Below, in pieces: positions 1 to 7,458 of a stretch of DNA of 34,267 nucleotides. The notes under the pieces are model-generated. The model did no database searches. It saw nothing but the letters and a program-made list of their open reading frames with translations, and was not told the DNA's origin. The translations under genes and the position numbers were made by a program. Positions within the stretch are counted from its first letter, which is position 1. Every line of letters begins with the position of its first letter. This stretch comes from an uncultured Actinomycetes bacterium (lineage in GTDB: Bacteria; Actinomycetota; Thermoleophilia; Gaiellales; F1-60-MAGs149). Location: the NCBI GenBank assembly GCA_903873565.1, contig CAIQOY010000191.1:1-34267 (forward strand), in the 5' to 3' direction.

Positions 1-119
1 AGCATCCAGTGCTCCCAGGCCCCCGCATCCCGGCCGCCGTCGTCGCCCGTCTCCTCGCGGTAGCGCACCCAGAGGGCGTGCAGCGCGGGCAGGTCGGCGG
101 CGGCCGCCGGTCGGATCAC
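1..119 (-). CDS. GNAT-family N-acetyltransferase, N-terminal fragment (runs off window start)
   Basis: Not in the ORF track. GTG at 117-119 overlaps the apt stop (GTGA). Translation MIRPAAAADLPALHALWVRYREETG resembles the typical GNAT N-terminus (IRxAxxxDLxxL). Confidence 0.6.
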   Translation of the reverse strand, partial: MIRPAAAADLPALHALWVRYREETGDDGGRDAGAWEHWM

Positions 120-640
120 GCGCCCTCGTACTCCACGAGCGAGAGCACGGGCAGGTCCGCCAGCCGGCTGCGCCCGTCGAGCCCGCGCAGCTCCGCGACG
201 AAGCAGGCGCCGACGGGCTCGGCGCCGGCGCGTCGCACCAGCGCGACGCTGGCGGCGGCCGTGCCGCCGGTGGCGAGCAGGTCGTCGAAGATCAGGGCCC
301 GCTGGCCCGGGCGGATCGCGTCGACGGCGAGCTCGAGCGTGCCCTCGCCGTACTCGAGCGCGTAGGCCTCGGCGTGCGCGGGCCCGGGCAGCTTGCCCGG
401 CTTGCGCACCGGGGCGAAGCCGACGCCCAGGTCCAGCGCGAGCAGCGGCCCGAACAGGAACCCGCGCGCCTCCGCGCCCACCACGACGTCGGGGGCGAGC
501 GGGCGGGCGAACGCGGCGAGGCCATCGACGGTCTGGCGCACGGCCGCGGGATCCGCGAGGATCGGCAGCAGGTCCCGGAACAGGATCCCCGGCTTGGGGA
601 AGTCCGGGATCTCGCTGATCAGGGCGCGCAGGTCGGGCAT
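116..640 (-). CDS. apt: Adenine phosphoribosyltransferase
   Basis: IPDFPKPGILFRD, EARGF, RKPGKLP, YALEYG and the PRPP-binding loop FDDLLATGGT. Confidence 0.97.
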   Translation of the reverse strand: MPDLRALISEIPDFPKPGILFRDLLPILADPAAVRQTVDGLAAFARPLAPDVVVGAEARGFLFGPLLALDLGVGFAPVRKPGKLPGPAHAEAYALEYGEGTLELAVDAIRPGQRALIFDDLLATGGTAAASVALVRRAGAEPVGACFVAELRGLDGRSRLADLPVLSLVEYEGA

Positions 641-672
641 GTCGGCACCCTAGCGGAGCGGGCGCTCGCGGA

Positions 673-1353
673 TCAGGTCGAGACGTCGCGGACCAGGAGG
701 CGCTCGGTCAGCTCCGCGCTGAGGCCGGCGAGCTGCGCGAGCTCGTCGAGCCCCTGCTCGCGGCGCTGGCTGTTGCGCGAGCGCAACGACGGGGCGAGCA
801 CCTGGTCGAGCAGGCCCGCGACCCGCTGGACCCCGGTGTGGAGCTGGCGCACGTGCCGCGGCCCGAGGCCGTACTCGGCCATCCGCTTGCAGATGCGCAC
901 GATCTCGACCTCGCCCTCGCTGTAGAGGCCGTCGACGTCCGGGCTGACGATGCCGTAGGAGACGAGCTCCGCCAGCGACTCGTCGTCGATGCCGGACTCC
1001 CGCACGAGCTCGGCGCGGTCGACGCGCCGCGCCTCCTGCTGGAGGATCTGGCGCTGCTGGATGCGCGCCTTGCGCTCCTGGGGGCGCGGGATCGTGCCGC
1101 CGCCCGACTCGATCTCCTGGCGGATCACCCGCAGCGGCAGGAACTCGTCGCGCTGCAGCCGCAGGATCGTGCGCAGGCGCTCGACGTCCTGGCGGCGGTA
1201 GAGCCGGTAGCCACCCTGGGTGCGCAGCGGCGTCAGGAGCTTCTGTTCCTCGAGGTAGCGGATCTTCGAGATCGACACGTCGTCGAACTCGGACTTGAGC
1301 TCCTTGCAGACGGCGCCGATGGTGAGCGGCTTCTCCTCGCTGGTGGCGCTCAT
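673..1353 (-). CDS. MerR-family transcriptional regulator (FtsR/Rv1828-like)
   Basis: LTIGAV...VSISKIRYLEEQKLLTPLRTQGGYRLY...LQRDEFLPLRVI plus a second HTH-like region. It lies directly downstream of an FHA gene, as in the actinobacterial garA/odhI-ftsR locus. Confidence 0.9.
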   Translation of the reverse strand: MSATSEEKPLTIGAVCKELKSEFDDVSISKIRYLEEQKLLTPLRTQGGYRLYRRQDVERLRTILRLQRDEFLPLRVIRQEIESGGGTIPRPQERKARIQQRQILQQEARRVDRAELVRESGIDDESLAELVSYGIVSPDVDGLYSEGEVEIVRICKRMAEYGLGPRHVRQLHTGVQRVAGLLDQVLAPSLRSRNSQRREQGLDELAQLAGLSAELTERLLVRDVST

Positions 1354-1357
1354 CCCA

Positions 1358-1795
1358 TCACTCCAGGTACGTCAGCTTGAACTTGCCGATCTGCAGCTCG
1401 TCGCCGTCCCGCAGGCGCACGCGCTCGATCCGCCGGGCGTTCACGTAGGTGCCGTTGAGGCTCGCGAGGTCGACCAGGTAGCGGCCGTCGGCCTCCTGCT
1501 CGATCGCGGCGTGGCGGCGGGAGACCGTCACGTCGTCGAGCAGGATCGATGCCTCGCCGGCGCGGCCGATGGTCTCGCGCGCCTGCCGCAGCGGGATGTG
1601 CTCGCCCGCGCGGCCGCCCGTGCGGATCACGACCGCCGGCAGCTCGTGCCCCGGCTGGGCCGGCACCTCCTGCGTGTCCGTGTCGCCCTGGTAGGTCGCG
1701 GTGTCGTCCAGGGCGTCGGGATCGAGCAGGGTGCCGCACTTCGCGCAGTAGTGCGCGGTGGCGGCGTTCCGGTATCCGCATTCCTGGCAGAACAT
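1358..1795 (-). CDS. FHA-domain protein with N-terminal zinc ribbon (GarA/OdhI-like)
   Basis: CQEC...CAKC zinc ribbon and FHA motifs IGR, VSRRHA, SLNGT, GDELQIGKFKL. Start moved to ATG 1795 because the ORF-track start (1813) overlaps the TATGCT -10 box at 1805-1810. Confidence 0.9.
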   Translation of the reverse strand: MFCQECGYRNAATAHYCAKCGTLLDPDALDDTATYQGDTDTQEVPAQPGHELPAVVIRTGGRAGEHIPLRQARETIGRAGEASILLDDVTVSRRHAAIEQEADGRYLVDLASLNGTYVNARRIERVRLRDGDELQIGKFKLTYLE

Positions 1796-1825
1796 CGTCG
1801 CGGGAGCATACACCGCTCGGGCGAA

Positions 1826-1850
1826 AAGGGTCTAGCGCGGGTTGAGGGTT
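1826..1850. promoter_or_regulatory. Candidate MerR/FtsR-type operator upstream of the FHA-MerR pair
   Basis: AAGGGTCTAGCGCGGGTTGAGGGTT is an imperfect TCNAN-N5-GTTGA dyad in an unusually AT-rich intergenic spot over the -35 region of the TATGCT promoter. Confidence 0.5.
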
Positions 1851-2400
1851 AGCCGGCGCGGGCGCGCAGGACGGCCCGCGCGTACAGCGCGCCGGCCGCG
1901 AGCAGCAGGATCACGCCGCTCCAGAGGACGACCTCCGTGGCCGCGTTGCCGCGGGGCGTGACCATCGCCAGCAGGAGCCCGATCATCATCACCAGCGTCC
2001 CGGCCTTGCCGATCGGGTTGACCCGCACGCCGTGGTCGCGGGCCCAGGGGAACAGGAGCGACGTCAGCAGCACCGCGTCCCGGCCGAGGATCAGGACCGG
2101 GATGGCGAGCGGCAGGCGCTCGTCGAGGTACAGCAGGATCACGGCCACGTCGATCAGGAGCCGGTCGGCGATCGGGTCGAGGATGCGGCCGTAGCGGGAC
2201 TGCGCGGACAGCCGGCGCGACAGCTCGCCGTCGAGGAAGTCGGTCAGGGCCGCGAAGGCGAAGACGGCTGCGGCGGCGGGCGACTCGGCCCCGTCCGCGG
2301 TCAGCATCAGCGCCGCGAACACCGGCACCGCGGCGAGCCGCAGCGTGGTGAGGGCGTTCGGCAGCTGCCGCAGGAGCGGACTCCGATCGGGCGCGTCCAC
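1849..2400 (-). CDS. pgsA: CDP-alcohol phosphatidyltransferase (PgsA-like)
   Basis: PNALTTLR and the signature DFLDGELSR...GRILDPIAD, with several TM helices. Confidence 0.88.
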   Translation of the reverse strand: MDAPDRSPLLRQLPNALTTLRLAAVPVFAALMLTADGAESPAAAAVFAFAALTDFLDGELSRRLSAQSRYGRILDPIADRLLIDVAVILLYLDERLPLAIPVLILGRDAVLLTSLLFPWARDHGVRVNPIGKAGTLVMMIGLLLAMVTPRGNAATEVVLWSGVILLLAAGALYARAVLRARAG

Positions 2401-2439
2401 GCCGTCAGTGTCCCACAGGGGACGGCGCCAGGACCCGCC

Positions 2440-5400
2440 TCAGGCCCGCGCCACGCGCACGGCGCCCGTGCAGCCGTCGGCGTCGAAGGGGTCGCCCGCA
2501 GCCCCCTCCCCGACCCGCAGGTCGGTGCACAGGGTCTCGGCGGCGATCTCGTCGCCGTGGCGCTCGAGGACGCGCCGCAGCCGCTCGTCGCCGGCGATCT
2601 CGAGCACGATCCGGTCGGCGACCTCGAGGCCCGTGTCCTTGCGGCGCCCCTGGATGAAGTGGATCAGCTCGCGCGCGATCCCCTCGTCCTCGAGCGCCTC
2701 GTCGAGCTCGGTGTCCACCGCCACGGCCAGCCCGCCCTCGTCGGCGACGGCGAAGCCCTCGCGGGGCCGCGTTCGCAGCTCGACCTCGTCCGGACCCAGC
2801 CGGTGCCCGGCGACGACGATCTCGTCGCCCTCGCGGGCGTAGTCGCCGGCCTTGAGCGCGGCCTGCACGGCCGGGATGTCCTTGCCGAGCTTGGGCCCGA
2901 GGGCGCGGAAGTTCGGCACCACCTCGACGTCGAGGAGCTCGTCGACGGCATCGGCGATGCGCACCCGCTTGACGTTCAGCTCCAGCGCGATCTCCTCGGC
3001 GAGGCCCTCGACCGCGGCGCGGGCAGCGGCGTCGGGCGTGGCCACCACCGCCTCCCGCAGGGGCTGGCGCAGCTTGCGGTTGCCCTGGGCGCGCGCGGCG
3101 CGGCCGAGCGAGATCGCGGTCTGCGCCAGGCGCATCGGCACGAGCGCATCCGGGTCGGGGTCGCCGACGGCCGGCCAGCCCGCGAGGTGCACGGAGTCGG
3201 GGGCGCCGGCCGCGTGGCCGCGCACGATGCCCTGCCACAGCTCCTCGGCGAGGAACGGCATCGCCGGGGCGATCAGGCGGCAGATCTGCGTCAGCGCCCA
3301 CCACAGCGTCCGGAAGGCGGCGTCCTTGTCGGCATCGGCCTCGGCGCGCCAGAAGCGCGCGCGGCTGCCGCGGATGTACCAGGCCGAGAGGTCGTCGACG
3401 AGCGCCTCGACGGCACGCGCGTAGGCGGGCGTCCAGTAGCCCTCGAGCGCGGCGTCGCACTCGCGCACCGTCTCCTCGACGCGCGCGACGATCCAGCGGT
3501 CGAGGGCCGTCGCGGCGGGCGGGCGGCCGGCGAGATCGGCCCAGGTCGGCGCGAAGCCGTCGATCTCGGCGTAGCGGACGAAGAAGGCGTACGAGTTCCA
3601 GAGGGTGAGGAGGCGTCGCCGCACCTCGTTGGCCGGCCCGTAGCCGAAGTTCATGTTCTGCGAGGGCGTCTGGAGCGCGTACAGCCAGCGCATGACGTCG
3701 GCGCCCATCTCCTCGACGGCGTCGTCGAACCAGATCGCGTTGCCCCACGACTTGTGCATCGCTCGGCCCGTCTCGTCGTGGAGCTTCTCGTAGCCGAGCA
3801 CGGAGCGGTACGGGGCGCGGCCGACGAGCACGACGCTCATGAACAGCTGCGAGTAGAACCACAGCCGGATCTGCTCGCGCATCTCCGAGATCCAGTCCGC
3901 GGGGAACCACTTCTCCCAGTAGGCCTGGTCGGGGAGGTCGGCCGCGGTCAGCCCCTCCCCCGCGCCGGCCGCGTAGCCGCCCTCCTCGTGGGCGTCGCGG
4001 CCCCAGCCGAGCGTCGAGAACGGCACGATCCCGGCGTCGAGCCAGCAGTCGCCGACCTCGGTCACCCGCTCGGCGATCTGGCCGTCGTCGGTGCGGATGC
4101 GGATCCCGTCGATCCAGGGGCGGTGCAGCTCCTCGAGGCCGTCGAGCGGGTCGACGGCGCGCTCGCGCAGCTCCTCGATCGAGCCGATCACGGTCATCGT
4201 CCCGTCGGGCGCCCGGTAGAAGGGCAGCGGCAGCCCCCAGTAGCGCTTGCGCGAGATGCACCAGTCGCCCATGTTTCGCAGCCAGTCCTCCATGCGCTTG
4301 CCGTACTGCTCGGGCACCCACTCCACCGTGCGCGCGGCCTCGATCATCGCCTCGCGCACCGGGTCGGCGCTGATGAACCACTCCTCGACGACGCGGAAGA
4401 TCAGGTCGGTGCCGCAGCGCCAGCAGACGGGAAAGCGGTGGTCGATCGTCCCGGCGCGCACCAGGTGGCCGGAGGCGTCGAGGTGCTCGCGGATCGCGTC
4501 GGCGGCCTCGGCGCTGCCCCGGCCGGCGAGGAAGCCGTAGTCGGGCGTGAAGACGCCGGCCTCGTCGACGGGGACCAGCGCGGGCAGGCCCTCGGCGGCC
4601 CCGAGCTCGAAGTCCTCGGCGCCGCAGCCCGGCGCGATGTGGACGACGCCCGTGCCCTCGTCCGCGGAGACCATGTCCCAGGCCACGACGCGGTGGGCGA
4701 CCTCGGCCTGCGCCGGCAGGTCGTCGAACGGCCCGCGGTAGGCGCGGCCGACCAGCTCGGCGCCCGGCGCCGTGCGCTCGACGTCGGCCCCGGCCCCGAA
4801 CAGGTCCTCGACGCGGCTCGCCATCACCCAGTCGATCCCCTGCGACGTGCGCACCGCGGCGTACTCGGCGGCGGGATCGACCGCCGCCACGACGTTGGCG
4901 GGCAGGGTCCACGGGGTCGTCGTCCAGACCACGACCGCCTGCTCGGGGTCGTCGACGAACGGGAAGCGCACGTGCAGCGTCGGGTGCGTGCGGTCGCGGT
5001 AGGAGTCGATCAGCTCGTGCTGGGACAAGGACGTGCCGCAGCGCGGGCACCAGACCATCGGCCGGTTGCCGCGGTACAGCATCCCGCGGTCGTGGCACTC
5101 GCGGAGGAAGCGCCAGATGTAGGCGATGTTGGGGTCGGTCATCGTGTAGTACGACCGCTCCCAGTCCATCCACTGGCCGAGCCGGATCGACTGCCGCGTC
5201 TGCACCGCCGAGTACTCCGCCACGCGGTCGCGGCAGGCGCGAGCGAAGCGGTCGAGGCCGTACTCCTCGATCTCGCGCTTCGAGTTGAGGCCGAGCGCCT
5301 TCTCCACCTCCACCTCGACCCACAGCCCCTGGCAGTCGAAGCCGTTCTGGTAGCGCAGCTCGTGCCCCTTCATGGCGCGATGGCGCTGGATCAGGTCCTT

Positions 5401-5595
5401 CAGCGAGCGGCCCCAGGCGTGGTGCACGCCCATCGGGTTGTTGGCGGTGATCGGCCCGTCGATGAACGAGAACGGCGCGCCGCCGGCGTTCTGCTCGCGC
5501 AGCCGGTCGAACGTGCGCTCGGACTCCCACAGCGCGAGCACGCGGTGCTCGAGCGCGATGTGGTCGGGCGTGGCGGGGACGGTCGGGTAGGTCAC
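2440..5595 (-). CDS. ileS: Isoleucine--tRNA ligase, type 2, with non-canonical signature motifs
   Basis: FIDGPITAN-PMGVHH, GFDCQGLWVE, editing motifs WTTTPWTLP and GTGVVHIAP, DWCISRKRYWG, AMHKSWGN and a type-2 C-terminal domain (EGIARELIHFIQGRRK). GTG 5595 chosen as start, downstream of a TACAGT -10 box. Confidence 0.96.
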   Translation of the reverse strand: MTYPTVPATPDHIALEHRVLALWESERTFDRLREQNAGGAPFSFIDGPITANNPMGVHHAWGRSLKDLIQRHRAMKGHELRYQNGFDCQGLWVEVEVEKALGLNSKREIEEYGLDRFARACRDRVAEYSAVQTRQSIRLGQWMDWERSYYTMTDPNIAYIWRFLRECHDRGMLYRGNRPMVWCPRCGTSLSQHELIDSYRDRTHPTLHVRFPFVDDPEQAVVVWTTTPWTLPANVVAAVDPAAEYAAVRTSQGIDWVMASRVEDLFGAGADVERTAPGAELVGRAYRGPFDDLPAQAEVAHRVVAWDMVSADEGTGVVHIAPGCGAEDFELGAAEGLPALVPVDEAGVFTPDYGFLAGRGSAEAADAIREHLDASGHLVRAGTIDHRFPVCWRCGTDLIFRVVEEWFISADPVREAMIEAARTVEWVPEQYGKRMEDWLRNMGDWCISRKRYWGLPLPFYRAPDGTMTVIGSIEELRERAVDPLDGLEELHRPWIDGIRIRTDDGQIAERVTEVGDCWLDAGIVPFSTLGWGRDAHEEGGYAAGAGEGLTAADLPDQAYWEKWFPADWISEMREQIRLWFYSQLFMSVVLVGRAPYRSVLGYEKLHDETGRAMHKSWGNAIWFDDAVEEMGADVMRWLYALQTPSQNMNFGYGPANEVRRRLLTLWNSYAFFVRYAEIDGFAPTWADLAGRPPAATALDRWIVARVEETVRECDAALEGYWTPAYARAVEALVDDLSAWYIRGSRARFWRAEADADKDAAFRTLWWALTQICRLIAPAMPFLAEELWQGIVRGHAAGAPDSVHLAGWPAVGDPDPDALVPMRLAQTAISLGRAARAQGNRKLRQPLREAVVATPDAAARAAVEGLAEEIALELNVKRVRIADAVDELLDVEVVPNFRALGPKLGKDIPAVQAALKAGDYAREGDEIVVAGHRLGPDEVELRTRPREGFAVADEGGLAVAVDTELDEALEDEGIARELIHFIQGRRKDTGLEVADRIVLEIAGDERLRRVLERHGDEIAAETLCTDLRVGEGAAGDPFDADGCTGAVRVARA

Positions 5596-5641
5596 GGGCG
5601 GGCGGGTCGTTCGACCGCTGAACTGTACCCGTGCGGGGCCG

Positions 5642-5833
5642 TCAGGCCTCCGCACCACCCGGGCGCGCGCCGTAACGGCGCACCTGCTCCTCGCACCACA
5701 GCTCGAAGGCGGCGTGGCGCGCGAGGTAGCGCTCGATGGAGGCGATGCCGCCCTCGACCCAGACCTCCTCGTCCCACTCCTCGAGGCCGGTCAGGGAGGG
5801 CTCGTCGCCCCAGTCGTCGTCGTGGAACTCCAT
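5642..5833 (-). CDS. Small acidic hypothetical protein (63 aa)
   Basis: ATG start, GC-ending codons, fills the gap between NUDIX and ileS. The D/E/W-rich composition is unlike a shadow ORF. Confidence 0.7.
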   Translation of the reverse strand: MEFHDDDWGDEPSLTGLEEWDEEVWVEGGIASIERYLARHAAFELWCEEQVRRYGARPGGAEA

Positions 5834-5876
5834 GACGACAGCGGTGTTCGCGGAGGCCCCGCGGACTCCTTCCCGC

Positions 5877-6374
5877 TCAGCGGCCCGCGAGGCGGCGCAG
5901 CGCCTCCGCGGTGTTGGCGAAGGCGAGCTCCGCCTCCCCGGGCAGCTGATCGGGCGCGAACCAGCGCAGCTCGGCGACGTCGTCGGCGGCGGTCGGCACC
6001 CCGGTCGCGATGCGCGCGGTGTACAGCGCGTTGAGGGTGTGGTCGCCGCCCTCGCCGTAGACGTCGATCACGTGCCCGAGGAACCCGGTCAGCTCGACCG
6101 CGCAGCCGGTCTCCTCCAGGAGCTCGCGCCGGGCGCAGTCCTCCGGGGTCTCGTCGGGGCCGCAGAAGCCGCCGGGGATGTCCCACAGGCCCCGCGCCGG
6201 CTCGATCGCGCGCCGACCGAGCAGCACGCGGCCCGCGTCGTCGAGCACCAGCACCGCGGAGCAGGGCTTGGCGTCGTGGTAGTGGGGCTCGCCGCAGGCG
6301 GCGCAGTCCTGGCGGCTGCCGACGAGCGGCCCGAGCGGCCCCCCGCAGAAGCCGCAGAAGGAGCGGAGGCGCAT
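5877..6374 (-). CDS. NUDIX hydrolase with N-terminal zinc ribbon
   Basis: C-terminal part of track ORF 5877..7838. FCGFCG...CAAC and Nudix box GGFCGPDETPEDCARRELLEETG. Confidence 0.92.
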   Translation of the reverse strand: MRLRSFCGFCGGPLGPLVGSRQDCAACGEPHYHDAKPCSAVLVLDDAGRVLLGRRAIEPARGLWDIPGGFCGPDETPEDCARRELLEETGCAVELTGFLGHVIDVYGEGGDHTLNALYTARIATGVPTAADDVAELRWFAPDQLPGEAELAFANTAEALRRLAGR

Positions 6375-6391
6375 GCCCCCAGTGTGACGGC

Positions 6392-7414
6392 TCAGGCGGC
6401 GATCGCCGCGCAGAGGTCGGGCCAGCCGCCGGGCTCGAGCATCCAGCCCGCGTACGTGCCGCGATCGGCGAGGATCACGCCGCAGGCGCCGGTGGCCGGA
6501 TCGCCGAAGGCGAGGGTGCCGGAGGCGCCGAAGTGCGTGAAGGCCTCCGGCGACAGCGCCGCCCCGGTCCAGTGCGGCGCCTTGCCGTCGCGCAGCTCGA
6601 AGCCGAGGCCCCAGTCGCAGCGGTCCCACTCCATGAAGCCGCCGACCCCGCCCGGCAGCGCGCCGCCGTGGTTGCGGTGCAGGAGCGCGCAGGTCTCCGG
6701 GGCGAGCAGGGAGCCGCCGGCCGGCAGGCGGCCGCCGTCGAGGACCAGCCGCACGAGCGCGAGGTAGTCCGCGGCCGTCCCGAAGGCGCCGCTCTGCGGC
6801 AGCCCGAGGGCGCGGAAGCGGGCCCCGTTGAACAGCTGCTCGCCGTGCCCGAGCAGTCCGGGCTCGCGCACGGCCACCACCGTGGGGTCGTCGGGCACGC
6901 AGCCGAAGGACGTCGAGCGCATCCCGAGGGGCTCGAGGACGGCGGCCGCGACGTAGTCCGTCCAGGCCAGCCCCGTGGCGCGCTCGAGCTCGCCCGCGGC
7001 CCGGGCGTAGCCGACGTTGGAGTAGGTCCGCCGCACGCCCACCCCGTCGTCGGGGGCGACCGCCGCATAGGCCGCGGCCACCTCCGCCCAGCCGGCGGAC
7101 GGGTCCAGCTGGACGCGACGCGCGGCGGCGTCGTCGAACGGCAGCCCCGCATCGTGGGCCAGGAGGTCCGCCAGAGTCGCGGCGCCGAGCACGGGCGCCT
7201 CGAGCGCGAGCGATCCCTCCTCTACCGCCACGAGGCAGGCGAGCGCGAGGATCGGTTTGGAGAGGGACGCGAGGGCGAAGCGGCTGGTCGGCAGCGCCCC
7301 GCCGACCGCACAGGATCCTTCGCTCCCCCCCGCCGTTCGCCACGCCGCCTGCACGGCGCCGACGACCCCGTCCGCGACGAGGCGCGCGCAGAGCTCGGCG
7401 GGATCGGGGGCCAC
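6392..7414 (-). CDS. Beta-lactamase-fold serine hydrolase (family VIII esterase-like)
   Basis: SxxK (ASLSK), LLAH, YSN and HFGASG motifs. No signal peptide. Confidence 0.88.
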   Translation of the reverse strand: MAPDPAELCARLVADGVVGAVQAAWRTAGGSEGSCAVGGALPTSRFALASLSKPILALACLVAVEEGSLALEAPVLGAATLADLLAHDAGLPFDDAAARRVQLDPSAGWAEVAAAYAAVAPDDGVGVRRTYSNVGYARAAGELERATGLAWTDYVAAAVLEPLGMRSTSFGCVPDDPTVVAVREPGLLGHGEQLFNGARFRALGLPQSGAFGTAADYLALVRLVLDGGRLPAGGSLLAPETCALLHRNHGGALPGGVGGFMEWDRCDWGLGFELRDGKAPHWTGAALSPEAFTHFGASGTLAFGDPATGACGVILADRGTYAGWMLEPGGWPDLCAAIAA

Positions 7415-7458
7415 GGGCGGACGCTACCAGCGCGCCGCCGTGGCCCCCGCCCGCACTC

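Noticed and set aside
5596-5641. Expected actinobacterial translational T-box upstream of ileS
   Set aside because: Only 26 nt lie between the TACAGT -10 box and the GTG, and there is no UGGN antiterminator bulge or Stem I. Only a small GGTC-GAAC-GACC hairpin is present.
2032-5835. 1267-aa plus-strand ORF, and similar long ORFs (2405..5530, 12627..14810, 22739..24739)
   Set aside because: Antisense or off-frame shadows of ileS, pcrA and hppA. They are expected from stop-codon scarcity at high GC3 and have no domain motifs.
6392-7414. Beta-lactamase resistance gene
   Set aside because: No signal peptide, and HFG replaces KTG. More consistent with a cytoplasmic esterase.
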